Shown: positions 43,324 to 55,811, counted from the stretch's first letter. The stretch is 64,000 nucleotides of DNA from an uncultured delta proteobacterium (GCA_963771175.1 CAVYSY010000002.1:96001-160000); one strand, 5' to 3'. The notes: generated by a model from the letters alone, not told the origin. Translations and numbers: made by a program.

Positions 43324-45777
43324 GCGGGCACCTCCTTGCAGCTCCCTCTGCGACTCCCCGGCCGGAGACGAGCGGCGGGCGGAGAGGCTGCGAGGGTGAA
43401 GAGGATGAGGGAGAGGGAGCTGAGCGGCATGACCACCGCCGCGCGCAGCGGCGTCATCCAGCCCGGCGAGGCACACGGCCACCGCCAGCACGTTGTAGGC
43501 GAGCGCGATGCCGAGCACGCGGCGCACCACGTGGCGCAGCTTGCGCGAGAGCGCCAGCGCCTCGCGGATGGCCGAGAGTCCCTCGCCCAGGAGGAAGAAG
43601 TCGGACTTGCCCGGCATCACCGGCCGGTCGATGGCCGGCGTGCCCGCGCAGAGGGCGCGCTCGAAGGCGAGGCTGTCGTTGACGCCGTCGCCCAGGTAGA
43701 GCGTGTCCGCCTGGTCGATGCGCGCGCACCGCCTGCGGCCTTGTCCTCGGGGCGCTGGCCGCCGAGCGCGTGCTCCACCGGGACGCCCAGCGCGCTCGGC
43801 CATGACGCGCACCCGCTGCGGGCGCATCGCCGGAGATGAGCCACACGCCCATGCCCGCCTCGCGCAGCGCCTGCGATTTCGCGGCGCGCGTCGGCGCGCA
43901 CGGACTCACGCAGGACGAAGGTGGCCACGGGCTGGCCATTCCGGGCGAGCACGGTCCCCGTCCCCTCCGGAGGCGCCGAGGTGCGCGGCCCACGCTGGGG
44001 CACCCAGCCGCCAGCACTCCATCCTCTCGGACCAGCTCCAGCCCCAGCCCGGGGTGCTCCGCCACTGCGAGCGCCGGCGGAGAAGCGCGCGCCAGCGCGA
44101 GCCAGCGCCGCGGCGAGGCACCGGCTCACCGGGTGGTTGCTGCGCGCGACCATGTCGAAGGCCACGTCGCGCGCCTCGGGCGCGAGCGCGTCCACGCGCC
44201 TCGCGGTCCACCAGCTCCAGCCGCCCGAGCGTGAGCGTGCCCGTCTTGTCGAAGAGCACCTTGCGCACGCGGGGCAGGCGGTCGAGCAGGTCCGCGCGCT
44301 GCGCACGAAGAGGCCGACGCGGCGCAGCCGCGCCTGGGCGAGCTCGTAGGCGAGCGGCACGGCGATGCCGATGCGCACAGGGGCACGTCACGACGAGCAG
44401 CGCCACGGCCACCTGCGAGCGCGCGTTGTCCGGCCCCGCGGGCCACCAGAGGGCGAGCCCCAGCGCGGCAGATCGGCGAGCACGGCCAGCGCACCCACCG
44501 GCGCGAGACACGCGTTCCAGAAGCGCGCGTGGGCGGGCACGCGCGCCGGAGCGCGGTCGGGCGCCTGGCGCAGCAGGGCCACCAGCGGCGAGTCCGGGAA
44601 GTCCGTCAGGGCGCGCACGTGCACCGCGCGGCCGGGCCGCGTTGAAGGCGCCGGCCGGCACCTGCTCCCCCTGCGGCGCACCGCGCGCGCGTCCGGCTCG
44701 CCGGTGATCCAGTCGGTGGAGAAGCGGCGCCCGCGCTCGAGCAGCTCGGCGTCCACGGGCACCAGGTCGCCCGGGGCGATGACGAGCACGTCGCCCGCGC
44801 GCAGCTCGGGGGCGCGCACGGTGACGAGCCGCGTCGCCCTCCTGCGCGGCGCACGAAGAGGCCGTCCGCGCCGTCGTCCTCGAGGAGGAAGCGGCGGTTG
44901 CGCTCGAGGACGCGCTGCTGCAGCCAGCGCCCCACCAGCATCAGGGTGACGAAGGTGTTGAGGGTGTCGAAGTAGGCGAGGTCGCCCCGCCCGTCCGCGC
45001 GCCTTGAGCAGGCGAGGTGCGCGTAGACGAGCAGGATGCCCAGGGCGATGGGCAGGTCCAGGTGGAGCACGCCGCTGCGCAGCGCCCTGCCACGGCCGAG
45101 CGGAAGAAGGGCCAGCCGCCCACCAGCACCACCGCGGTGGACAGCGCCACGGCTGAGCCGGCTGAAGAGGCGGAAGAGCTCGCCCTCGGCCGGGGTGAGC
45201 CCCACGTAGAAGCTCGACGGAGAAGAGCATCACGTTCATCGTGAGGGCGGCGCAGATGCCGAGCCGGATGGGCAGATCCAGCGAGGCGGCCTCGGGGCGC
45301 TTGCGGCTGGGGCCGAAGAGGTAGCCGAAGCGCCTCGACCTCGCGGAGGAAGCGCGCCACGTCGAACGGCGCCCCGCGCTCCAGCGCAGCCGCACCTTGC
45401 CGAGCGCCGGGTTCACCGTGACGGAGGCGCCGCCGGCCTGCCGGCGGAACAGCTCGTTCATCAGCCAGACGCAGGCGGCGCAGTGGATGCCCTGCACGTC
45501 CAGCTCGAGCGCGCACAGCTCCGGGCCCGCGGCCTCGGCGCGAGCCAGCAGCGGCTCGAGCCAGGCGTGGCTGCGGTCCGGCTTGGGCTCGGGGACGGGG
45601 GTCACCTTGCCATCGGCCAGCGCGTAGTAGCGGGTGAGGCCCTGCTCCACGAGGAGGCCGTGGACGGCCTCGCAGCCCGCGCAGCAGAAGCTCGCCGGAC
45701 GACGAGCCCTCGGGACGGGGCTCCCGCAGTGAAGGCAGGAGGCCGCTGACGGTTTTTGCGCTGGGAGGGACATGCAT
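43320..45777 (-). CDS. ccoI: Heavy-metal P1B-type ATPase CcoI/FixI (many frameshifts)
   Basis: CLHCG, FCCAGC, GIHCAACVW, TGEP, CPC, FDKTGTLT, SNHP, GDGVND. Confidence 0.85.
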
Positions 45778-45790
45778 GGGCGCGGCCCCA

Positions 45791-45812
45791 TTGCGAACGG
45801 CATGCCCATTGC
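45791..45812. promoter_or_regulatory. Two overlapping divergent sigma54-type GG-N10-GC elements
   Basis: + strand CGGCATGCCCATTGCG; - strand GGGCATGCCGTTCGCA; shared palindrome GGCATGCC. Confidence 0.55.
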
Positions 45813-45827
45813 GAGGAGGCCGAGGGC

Positions 45828-46541
45828 ATGGACCTCTCGACCTCCTCCGTCTGCTCGATGACGCTCCTCACCTGGAGTGCTCGCGGGCGCGCTCGGCGCG
45901 CTGATGGTGGGCGTCACGGGCAGCGTGCACTGCCTCCTCATGTGCGGGCCGCTGGCCTGCGCGAGCCTGCCGGCGCGTGCAGGGCCCGCGAGCGGCGCCG
46001 CGCGGTGCTCGCCTACCAGGAGGGCGCGCGTGGGCGCGATACGCCTTGATGGGCGGGCTGCTGGGGGCGCTGGGCGGCGGCGTGACGCGAGCGCTCGCGG
46101 TCGCGCACGCCGCCTACCTGCCCTGGATGATGGCGGCGGCGCTGGTGGCCTCGGCGCTGGAGCTGGGAAAGCGGCTGCGCCCTTGCCCGGGCTGTCGCAC
46201 GCTGGCGGGCGCCGTCTCGCGGGTCGGGCGCAAAGTTTTCGCTGGTGGGCAGAGCGGGCGCAATGGGTGCGGTGACGCCGCTGCTGCCGTGCGGGCTGCT
46301 GTACGGCGTGTACGCGGCGGCGCTCGACCAGCAGTTCCTTTGGAGGAGGCGCGCTGGTGATGGGAGCCTTCGCGCTGGGTGGGCTCCCGGCACTGCTGGG
46401 CGCGCAGCTCCAGACGGGGCTATGGCGGCACGACCCCGCGTCGCCACCGTTCGTGCTCCAACGAGCGGTGCCGCTGCGGCGGCGGCGGTGCTCATCTACC
46501 GGACGGTGGGCGTCACGGCAGGGCAGCCGAGCTGCCACTGA
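45828..46541 (+). CDS. Sulfite exporter TauE/SafE (DsbD_2) family cbb3 maturation protein (frameshifts)
   Basis: GSVHCLLMCGPL, LLPCGLLY, MGAFALG. Confidence 0.8.
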
Positions 46542-46568
46542 GCGCGGGGAGATAGACTCGATGCGGCC

Positions 46569-47669
46569 ATGGGTCTCATCACGCTATCCATCCCCCTCTT
46601 CTTCCTCCTGATAGGCATCGAGTGGCTGTGCGGGCGCATCCGGGGCCGGCGAGTGTTCCGAGGCCCGGATGTCTTCACCAACCTCTCCCTGGGCTCCGCG
46701 CAGACGGTCTTCAACACCGTGGCCGTGGGCCTGCTGGCCGGTGCCTACCTGGCCCTCTATCAATTCCGGCTCTTCGACATCCCCGCGTCCTCGGCACTGG
46801 CCTGGGCGGGACTGATGCTCGGCGTGGACTTCTGTTACTACTGGTTCCACCGCGCCTCACACCGCGTGCACCTCGCGTGGGCGGCGCACGCCCCGCACCA
46901 CCAGAGCGAGGACTACAACCTGACCGTGGCCCTCCGGCAGGGGCCCATCCAGCCACTCGTCTCACGCGTCTTCTACCTGCCGCTGGCCCTGCTCGGCTTT
47001 CCGCTGACCATGTTCGCCGCGGCGGTGGCGCTCAACACGCTCTACCAGTTCTGGGTGCACACCGAGCTGATCGGCAAGCTCGGGCCCCTCGAGTGGGTCC
47101 TCGTGACGCCCTCGCACCACCGCGTGCACCATGCCTGCAACGGTCGCTACCTGGACAAGAACCACGGCGGCATGTTGATCGTCTGGGACCGGCTGTTCGG
47201 CACCTTCGAGCCCGAGGCGGAGCCGATCACCTACGGCACCGTCAAACCGGTCCGCACGTTCAACCCGCTGGTGGCAGCCCTGGCCCCCTTCCGCGAGCTC
47301 GCGGCCCTCACCCGCGAGACGCCCCGGTTGATGGACAAGCTCAAGGTCTGGGTCATGCCGCCCGAGTGGCTCCCCGAGGGAGTGGCGGCACGGGCTCCGG
47401 AGGTCGTGCCGGGCCGGCCCCGGTTCGACGTGAGCACCTCGCGCCGGGTGGCGCTCTACGTCGGCGTGGTGGGCGTGCTGACGCTGCTCGTCACGGTGCT
47501 GTTCCTGGTCCGGAGTGCCTCGTTGGCGCTGCCCGTGAAGCTCGCGTTCGCGGCCTGGTTCCTCGCCTCGATGGGAGGGCTGGGCGGGGTGCTGGAAGGC
47601 AGGCGGTGGGGACCCGTGGTCGAGGCGGCGCGGCTCGTGGCGGCGCCGCTTGTCGTCGCGGCAATGTAA
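46569..47669 (+). CDS. Sterol desaturase / alkylglycerol monooxygenase family
   Basis: YYWFHRASH, HAPHHQS, QFWVHTE, HHRVHH, NHGG..WDRLFGTF. Confidence 0.9.
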   Translation: MGLITLSIPLFFLLIGIEWLCGRIRGRRVFRGPDVFTNLSLGSAQTVFNTVAVGLLAGAYLALYQFRLFDIPASSALAWAGLMLGVDFCYYWFHRASHRVHLAWAAHAPHHQSEDYNLTVALRQGPIQPLVSRVFYLPLALLGFPLTMFAAAVALNTLYQFWVHTELIGKLGPLEWVLVTPSHHRVHHACNGRYLDKNHGGMLIVWDRLFGTFEPEAEPITYGTVKPVRTFNPLVAALAPFRELAALTRETPRLMDKLKVWVMPPEWLPEGVAARAPEVVPGRPRFDVSTSRRVALYVGVVGVLTLLVTVLFLVRSASLALPVKLAFAAWFLASMGGLGGVLEGRRWGPVVEAARLVAAPLVVAAM

Positions 47670-47748
47670 AAACAACGGGCCAGGACCACCCCCGAGGAGG
47701 AGGGTGATCCTGGCCCTACGGCCCGCGTATCCCCCGATGCGCGAGGCA

Positions 47749-48928
47749 CTACGTGTGGTGGTGCAGGCTCTCCACCAGATACGGATCATTGCGAGGAATC
47801 AGCGGCACCGCGCCCACCGTCCGCGTCACCGTCAGCACGAACAGCGCGCCCAGGCCGAGCAGGCCCGCCACGTCCCACACGCCGATGCCGGTGTACGCGG
47901 GCATGTTGGACGGGGCGATCATCAGGTGCAGATCCAACCACCGCCCCGCCAGCATGACGCCGGCGACGAACAGCAGGTGCGACGCGTTGCGCTTGGCCGG
48001 CCGGGGCAGCAGCAGCAAGAACGGCAGCGCCCAGTTGAGCGCGACGTTCAGCGTAGAACGGCACCGCCCAGCCGCCGTGCGTCCGCGTGGATGAAGTACG
48101 ACGGTCTCCTCGGGGATGTTCGCGTACCAGATGAGCAGGAACTGGGAGAACCACAGGTAGGCCCACAGCGTGGCGAAGCCGAACATCAGCTTGCCCAGGT
48201 CGTGCAGGTGGCTCGTGTTGATCTCCGGCATCAGCCCCCGAGCGGCTGCAGCAGGATGACGGCCACGGTGAGCGCGGCACACGCTCGACGCCAGCAGCCC
48301 GGCGATGTTGTAGAGCCCGTAGATGGTGCTGAACCAGTGCGGCTCCAGGCTCATCAGCCAGTCGAAGCTGGCCAGGCAGAACGTGCAGCGCGAACACGCA
48401 CCAGGAAGAGCGCGGAGGTGGCCACGTTGCGCCTCGTGGGCGCCGACGGAGGGCTCCGTGTCCTGCGCCAGCGAGTTGCGCCGCAGCACGCCACGCGAAG
48501 GCGACCCACAGGCCGAGCATCACCACCATGCGGACGGCGAAGACCGGCGCGTTGAGGAAGGCCGCCTTCTGGTGCAGCAGGTGGTCCGTCTCCATGACGC
48601 CGGGGCGCGCCCACAGGTACAGCGCGCGCAGGCCCGCGAGCAGGAGCAGCAGGCTCGCCGCGCCCACCGGCACGTAGGCGGCGAAGGCCTCGGGGATGCG
48701 CTTGAAGACGGTGTACCAGCCCGCGTTGGCCACGTACATCGAGCGCGAGGAACACCGCGCCGCCCAGCGCGAGCGTGAGGAAGAAGAAGCCGTTGGTGAG
48801 CAGGCTGGAGAAGCCGCGGGTGGGCTCCAGCGACCATGCCCGCGCCCAGCCCGAGCAGGCCGAGCGCCGCCACGCCCATGCTGACCCGGCGGAGGTCGGG
48901 GCCGACGACGAATCCCGAGGCAGCTCAT
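47749..48928 (-). CDS. actF: Alternative complex III subunit ActF (frameshifts)
   Basis: FDWLMSLEPHWFSTIYG, HDLGKLMFGF, WAYLWFSQFLLIWYANIPEE. Confidence 0.9.
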
Positions 48929-49508
48929 GGCATCTCCTTCTGCGCGGTCGCGCAGTCTGCGGAGGCTGCAGGCGACCGGAGGTAGTGGACGATCTTCCAG
49001 CGGTCCTCCGGCGCCACCTGCGAGCCGTGGGCCGGCATCAGCCCCTGTCCGTGGGTGATGATGTGGAAGAGCTGCCCGTCCGGCAGGCCGCGGGCGTGCT
49101 CGGCCAGCAGCGACGGAGGCCTGGGGAAGCGCGCGGTCACCAGGCCGTCCCCGAGCCCGCCCGCGCCGTGGCAGTGCGAGCAGTAGCGCGTTGAAGGCCA
49201 CCTTGCCTGCGCGACAGCACCGCCGCCGAGGACCGGGTAGGGGTTCTTCAGCTCCGCGGCCGGCGCGCGTCGGCCTCCTCGGGGCCCGGGCCGTAGTGGA
49301 GCGGCGAGTAGCCCCGCGGGAATGCTGCCCGGCGCGGGCGTCATCAGCGTCTTGCCGTCGCGCGTGTTGGGGTTGGGCGCGAAGCTGTCGTACGGCACGG
49401 AGCTGCACCATGTCCGGCGCGTACTCCAGGTTGGGCTGGGACACGTCCCGCTCGCAGCCCGAGGCCACGCGGCGAGCACCGCGGCGACCACCCAGGAGCG
49501 CGCTTCAC
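48925..49508 (-). CDS. actE: ACIII monohaem cytochrome c ActE (frameshifts)
   Basis: Lipobox ASGC, YAPDM, CSHCHG, DGQLFHIITHG.GLMP, DRWKIVHY. Confidence 0.85.
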
Positions 49509-50024
49509 GACGCCACCTCCATCTGCGTCCAGTCTCCACCGCGCCGTGGCGCGAGCATGCTCCGGCACCTTCGCGTCCGAGCCCGTCCGCGCGCGAGCGC
49601 CAGGACGAAGCGGTCGTCCGTCACCCGGGGCAGCGCCTCGCGCTTGCTGCCGGGGAAGGCTTCGTGCGCAGCAGGAAGGCCGCCACGGTGACGAGGCCCG
49701 CGAACAGCACGGTGAGCTCGAAGGCCACGGGGATGAAGGCCGGGCAGCGAGTTGAAGGGCTTGCCGCCCACGTTGAGCGGCCAGCTCACCACCGACGTGT
49801 AGCACTGGAGCGACAGCGCCGAGCGTGCAGCCCAGCAGCCCCGCCCCGAAGCACACCCAGGTGAGGCGCGAGGGCTTCAGGCCCATGGCCTCGTCCATGC
49901 CGTGCACGGCGTACGGGCGTGTACACGTCATGCACCGCGTAGCCCGGCCTCGCGCAGCGGCCCGGGTGGCGTCGAGGACCTGCTCCTCGCTCGTCGAAGT
50001 AGCCGAGGAGGACGGACGGCTCAT
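49505..50024 (-). CDS. actD: ACIII subunit ActD (DUF3341) (frameshifts)
   Basis: DVYTPYAVHGMDEAMG, WPLNVGGKP, FELTVLF, TDDRF. Confidence 0.85.
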
Positions 50025-51529
50025 ACCGGCACGTCCTTTCGCGCCGCTGCCGCGAGAGCCGGGCGGGCATGGTCACGGGCTGCCGGCGCGGGCGCTCGTG
50101 CGGAGCTCGGCGCCGTGGGCCGGGTGGACGGCGTGCGCCGTGGCTGGCGCCCGCGCGAAGGCCAGCACGCTCTTCACCTCGCCGATGGCGATGATCGGGC
50201 AGGCAGCCGGATGAAGAGCAGGAACAGGGTGAAGAAGAGGCCGAAGGTGCCGATGAAGGTGCCGACCTCGACGACGCGTGGGCGTGTACATGGCCCAGCT
50301 CGACGGCAGGAAGTCGCGGTGCAGCGACGGTCACGATGATGACGAAGCGCTCGAACCACATGCCCACGTTGATCGACGAGCGACAGCACGAAGATCGCCG
50401 GCGGCGCTGGTGCGGATCTTCTTGAACCAGAAGAGCTGCGGCGACGACCACGTTGCAGCGTCACCATCGTCCAGTACGCCCAGGCGTACGGGCCGAACGC
50501 GCGGTTGAGGAACGCGAAGCGCTCGTACGGGTTGCCCGCAGTACCAGGCGATGAAGAACTCCATCGCGTAGGCGCAGCCGACGATGCCGCCCGGTGACGA
50601 GGATGATCTTGTTCATGTTCTCGAGGTGGCGCGATGGTGATGAGGTCCTCGAAGCCCGAGCACCTTGCGGGCGATGATCATCAGCGTCAGCACCATGGCG
50701 AAGCCGCAGAAGATCGCGCCGGCCACGAAGTAGGGCGGGAAGATGGTGGTGTGCCAGCCGGGGATGACGCGAGGTGGCGAAGTCGAAGGACACGATGGTG
50801 TGCACCGAGAGCACCAGCGGCGTCGCGAGGCCGGCGAGCAGCAGGTACACCATCTCGTAGCGCTGCCAGGTGCGCGTGCGAGCCGCGTCCAGCCCGAGCG
50901 ACAGCACGCCGAAGATGGCCTGCTGCAGCCCGCTCTTCGCCCGGTCGCGCAGCGGTGGCCAGGTCGGGGATCAGGCCGACGTACCAGAACACCAGCGAGA
51001 TGGTGAAGTAGGTGCTGATGGCGAACACGTCCCACAGCAGCGGCGAGCGGAAGTTCACCCACAGGCTGCCGCGCGTGTTCGGGTACGGGAAGCACCCAGA
51101 AGGCGAGCCAGGGCCGGCCCATGTGGATGAGCGGGAAGATGCGCCGCGCACATGACGGCGAAGATCGTCATCGCCTCGGCGGCGCGGTTGATGCTGGTGC
51201 GCCACTTCTGCCGGAAGAGGAAGAGGATGGCGGAGATGAGCGTGCCGGCGTGGCCGATGCCGACCCAGAACACGAAGTTGGTGATGTCGAAGGCCCAGCC
51301 GACCGTCTTGTTCAGGCCCCAGACGCCGATGCCGGTGGCGACCTGGTAGGCGACCATGCCCACGCCGAGCCCGAGCGTGGCGACGCGCCAGGGCGAAGGC
51401 CACCCACCAGGCCTGGCGGTGGGCTGGCGCTCCATGGGCGGCGCAGATCTCCTCGGTGATCTGACCGAGGCGTGCGCTCCTCGCTGACGAGCGGCTCGCG
51501 CAGCGGTGGAGCGTGTGCTGGTTGCTCAT
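50021..51529 (-). CDS. actC: ACIII NrfD-family subunit ActC (frameshifts)
   Basis: [65 protein letters not shown]. Confidence 0.9.
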
Positions 51530-54516
51530 GCCGCGCTCCCGCTTCCGGTGTTGCGGACCTTCGCGAGGTACGTGACGGCCGGCCCGATGTTGAGCTCCTC
51601 GAGCACCCGGTAGGCGCGCCCGCTCTTCGCCAGCTTCGCCACGTCGCTCTTCGGGTCGTTCAGGTCGCCGAAGGGATGGCCTCCGCCGGGCAGCTCTGCT
51701 GGCAGGCGGTGCGGATCTCGCCGTCGCGCGACCGCCCGGCCCTCGCGCTTCGCCGCGGCCTTGCCCTCCTGGATGCGCTGCACGCAGCAGCGAGCACTTC
51801 TCCATCACGCCGCGCGTGCGCACCGTCACGTCCGGGTTGAGCACCATGCGCTCGAGCGGGCTCGTCGTGCTTGTAGTCGAACCAGTTGAAGCGGCGGACC
51901 TTGTAGGGGCAGTTGTTGGCGCAGTAGCGGGTGCCGACGCAGCGGTTGTAGACCTGCTGGTTGAGGCCCTCGCTCGCGTGCACCGTGGCGAGCACCGGGC
52001 AGACCGTCTCGCACGGGCGCGTTCTCGCAGTGCTGGCACATCATCGGCTGGTGCACCACCTCGGGGCTCGTCCGGCTCGCCCGCGTAGTAGCGGTCGATG
52101 CGCATCCAGTGCATCTCGCGGCTGCGGCGCACCTCGTCCTCGCCCACGACCGGGATGTTGTTCTCCGCCTGGCAGGCGACCACGCACGCCGAGCAGCCCG
52201 TGCAGGCGCTCAGGTCGACCGCCATGCCCCAGCGGTGGCCCTTGTACTCGTGACCGGACCAGATGGAGAGCGGGTGACCACCGCCATGCCCCTCGTCCGC
52301 CTCGTTGCCCGCGCGCGGGTTGGCGAGGAACGCCGCCAGCTCGGCCTCGCGCACGAGCGGACGGCCCTCCATCGAGGCGTGCGTCTGGGAGAGGGCGAGC
52401 TGCCGGTGCTCGGGCGTCACCTGGAGCTTGCACCCCGTGCGCCGTGCGGCGCACCTTCCCGTCGACAACAGAGGCCAGGCCGAAGGCGTTCTCCCCCACT
52501 GCGTTCGCCGATACGTCCCGACCTTCGTGCGGCCGTAACCCATGGCCAGGCCCAGCGCCCGCGGATGCGTGCCCGGCTGCACCAGCGCCGGCACCGCCGA
52601 GCGTCTTCTCCCCGGCGCGCACCTGCACCACCTGCCCGTCGCTGATGCCCAGCTTCGAGGCGCGTGGAAGGCGCCACACAGAGGTAGTTGCCCCAGGTGG
52701 CCTTGGTGATCGGGTCCGGCATTTCCTGCAGCCAGCCGTTGTTGGCCAGCGCGCCGTCCCTCAGGGCCACCTTTTGATACAGAACCAGTTCGTACTCACC
52801 CGCCGCCGCGGCCGTGCCCGCCAGCGCCGCCGCCACGCTCTCGGGGCGGAACGCGGGGGCCTCGTGGTCGCGGGCTGAGGCAGCACCACCACCACGCCCT
52901 GGCGCACGGCCTCGTCCCAGAAGGACTGGAAGCCCGTGGCCACGTTCGCGCGAGGGAAGACCTCGGCCTCCCAGCGGGCGCGCAGGAAGTCGTAGTGCGA
53001 CTGCTCCACCCCCGCCCACTTCGAGCAGGGACTCCACCGCGCCGCGCGTGTCGTGCAGCGGGGACACCGCCGGCTGGCGCAGGCTCAGCACTCCGCGCCG
53101 GGGCTCGGCATCGCCCCAGGACTCCAGCGAGGTGTGGTCCGGCGCGAGGAAGCGCACCAGCGAGGCCGTCTCGTCGAGCCGGTCGCTCGTGGCCACCGTC
53201 AGCGCCACGTCCTTCGAGCAGGCCCGCCAGCGCCTCGCCCTGGGGATGCGCGTAGGCCGGGTTGACGCCGTGGAAGAGGACGGCGCCCACCTGCTTCGCC
53301 TCCAGCTCGGCGAGCAGCTCGCCGAAGGTCATCGCCGCCTCGTCCAGGGTGAGGCCCCCCGACACGGAGACGGTGGTGCCCGCGTTGCCGAGCAGCTCGT
53401 TGGCCAGGTTGGCGAGCACCTGGGCGGCGGGCTCGTCGCCGCCACACACCACCAGGGCCTTGCTCCTGCGCGGCCCACAGCGTCGCGGCCAGCGTCGTCC
53501 AGCACTTCGGCGGCGAGCTCCGGGGCGGGCTCTCCTCCGAGGCCCACCACGGAGCGGCCAGCCATCCCCGCCAGCCGGCGCACCAGCCCGGCCAGCGCGG
53601 GCACCACATCCGACGGAGCCACCGGCACGCGCTTGTCGGCGCTCGAGCCCGTCAGCGTCATCAGCGGCTCGAACTGCCAGTGCCGCGACATCTCGCGCTT
53701 GCCGGCCGCGTTGCGGCCCTCGGTGTACTGGCGGGTGAAGGCCACCGGAGACACCCAGGTCCCCAGGAAGTCCGCGCCGAAGCTGGCGATGACCTTCGCG
53801 TTGTCGAAGCGGTAGTCCGGCACCACGCGCACGCCGTGCGTGAGGCGGTGGGCCTCGGCGATGGCCTCCAGCTCGCCGGTGGAGTCGAAGCGCACCGTGC
53901 GCGCGGTGGGGAAGGCGGCCAGGAAGCGCGCCACGGCGGCCTCGGCGGTGGGCCCCAGCACCCACGGGAGGACGAGCCGGATGGCCTTCCCCTCCTCCGC
54001 CACCTTGCGCAGCCCCTCCGTCACGGCCTTGTCCAGGTCCGCCCACGCGGCCTTCGTCCCGCCCACGGCCGGCCCGCGCGAGCGGTTGGCGTCATAGAGG
54101 GACAGCACGGAGGCCTGGCCCATGGCGCACACGCCACCGCGAGAGAGCGGGTGCTCCTCGTTGCCCTCCACCTTGATGGGGCGACCGTCGCGAGTCTTCA
54201 GCAGCACGCCACAGCCGGCACTGCACGCACCACAGGTGGACGCGTACCAGAGGGAGAGGCCCGGGGTGAGCTCGTCCGGCTTCGCGATGAAGGGCATCGC
54301 CTTCTGCACGGGGGCGCGCTGGCAGGCCACCATGGCCGCCGCGGCGCTCAGGCCCATCACCTTGAAGAAGTCACGGCGCGAGCTCTGGTCGGGCGCCTGG
54401 GCCGCCACGCCCACGGGGAGCTCCTCGGCGAACTCGTTGCGGGACTGCTCGAGCAGGGCCGGCTCTCCGGCACGCGCGGCCAGGCTCTGCCAGTACTTGG
54501 GTGTCGTCTCGGACAT
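51526..54516 (-). CDS. actB: ACIII subunit ActB (molybdopterin-fold + 4Fe-4S domain) (frameshifts)
   Basis: KYWQSL, SRRDFFK Tat signal with VAC lipobox, [49 protein letters not shown]. Confidence 0.9.
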
Positions 54517-54528
54517 GGTGCGCGTTCC

Positions 54529-55156
54529 TCAGCGGTGGCAGCCGGAGCAGTCGGTGGGGGGAGTCAGGGTGCGAGGTGCCGGAGCGACGGGCGCGGTGGC
54601 CGAGGGCACTCCCGACGCGGAGGCCATCAGCACACCGGATGCCAACGGCGGCACGGGGGCCTTCGCCTGCGACTCCTCCGTCTTGCGGTGGCAGTCCAGG
54701 CACCAGCCCATCGTCATCGGCTCCACCTGCTCCAGCCGCACCATCTCCTGCACCGGGCCGTGGCACGTCTGGCACTCCAGCCCCGCGGTGACGTGGTTCG
54801 CGTGGTTGAAGTACGCATGGTCCGGCAGCCGGTGGACCCTCACCCACTCGATGGGCTTGCTCTCCTTCACGGCCTTGGCGAGCTTCTGAATCTCCGGCGA
54901 GTCCGTCTTCACCTGGGTGTGGCAGTTCATGCACACGCCCGCGTGGCGGAATGCCGGCATGCCGACTCTTCTCCGCGCCCACGTGGCAGTACTGGCAGTC
55001 GATCTCGTAGTGGCCCGCGTGCACCGCGTGCGAGAACGCGATGGGCTGCTCGGGCGTGTAGTTCTGGTTGTTGTTCACCGGCGTGGTGTCACAGCCGCCC
55101 ATCGCGAGGGCGGCCAGCACGCCGGAGAGCAGCGAGGCTCGGGTCGAGTCGATCAT
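54529..55156 (-). CDS. actA: ACIII pentahaem cytochrome c ActA (frameshift near 54955)
   Basis: PEQPIAFSH..HAG; CQYCH, CMNCH, CQTCH, CLDCH, CSGCH. Confidence 0.9.
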
Positions 55157-55160
55157 CGAG

Positions 55161-55811
55161 TCAAATCCCGCCTTGGCCGGCGGTCTCCTCTCGGGTGGAC
55201 ACGAGGGTGGGCGCGGACTCGGCGGAGGCCAGCCAGCGGGTGAGCGGCCAGGCGAGCAACAGCGCGAGCACGCCGAAGAGGTGCATCCGCACGGTGAGCG
55301 GGAGCTGGGCGATGAGCGTCGCGTCCGGCTGGAGCATCACCAACGAGCGCAGGTACGGCACCACCACGCTCACGTACCAGGCGGAGGCCCAGCGGTACTC
55401 CACGGCGATGTAGAGGCCGTTGAGCACCTCGGCCAGCAGCAGCACCTGGAAGGCCAGCCACGCCCGAGCGCCGGTCGCACGGCTCGACAGCTTCCGGGAG
55501 ATGCTCGCCAACAGGCCCCAGGCCAGCATCATCCCGCCGATGAGGCCCACCAACTCCAGGAAGAAGAGGCGCGCGGGCGAGCGGATGAAGAGCCCCACCG
55601 GTTGCGGCAGGAGGAAACAGGCCGCGTGCCACAGCAGCATGATGGCGGCGCCCAACACCAGGGCCACGGCGGCCGAGCCGGTGCCCTCGCGCTCCACCCA
55701 CCGCATCACCCAGGCGGAGGCGCGCTCACGGTTGCGCAGCAAGGCCGGCACGCCGAGGGCGAGGACCAGCACCACGTACGGAAGGGAATCGTAGAGGAAC
55801 GTGTCGCTCAC
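55161..55811 (-). CDS. NarI (nitrate reductase gamma subunit)-like membrane protein with only two His
   Basis: FLY..LPY N-terminus, G.......WHA..LLP, YRWASAW....PYLRSL..LQPD...QLP...MH...WPLTR; 5 TM segments. Confidence 0.75.
   Translation of the reverse strand: MSDTFLYDSLPYVVLVLALGVPALLRNRERASAWVMRWVEREGTGSAAVALVLGAAIMLLWHAACFLLPQPVGLFIRSPARLFFLELVGLIGGMMLAWGLLASISRKLSSRATGARAWLAFQVLLLAEVLNGLYIAVEYRWASAWYVSVVVPYLRSLVMLQPDATLIAQLPLTVRMHLFGVLALLLAWPLTRWLASAESAPTLVSTREETAGQGGI

Noticed and set aside
39400..55000. Programmed ribosomal frameshifting in cco/act genes
   Set aside because: Too many indels in both directions with no recurring slippery motif; sequencing error is more parsimonious
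55161..55811. A respiratory nitrate reductase operon
   Set aside because: No narG, narH, narJ or narK in the window; the molybdopterin-fold gene has ActB signatures and fused Fe-S domain
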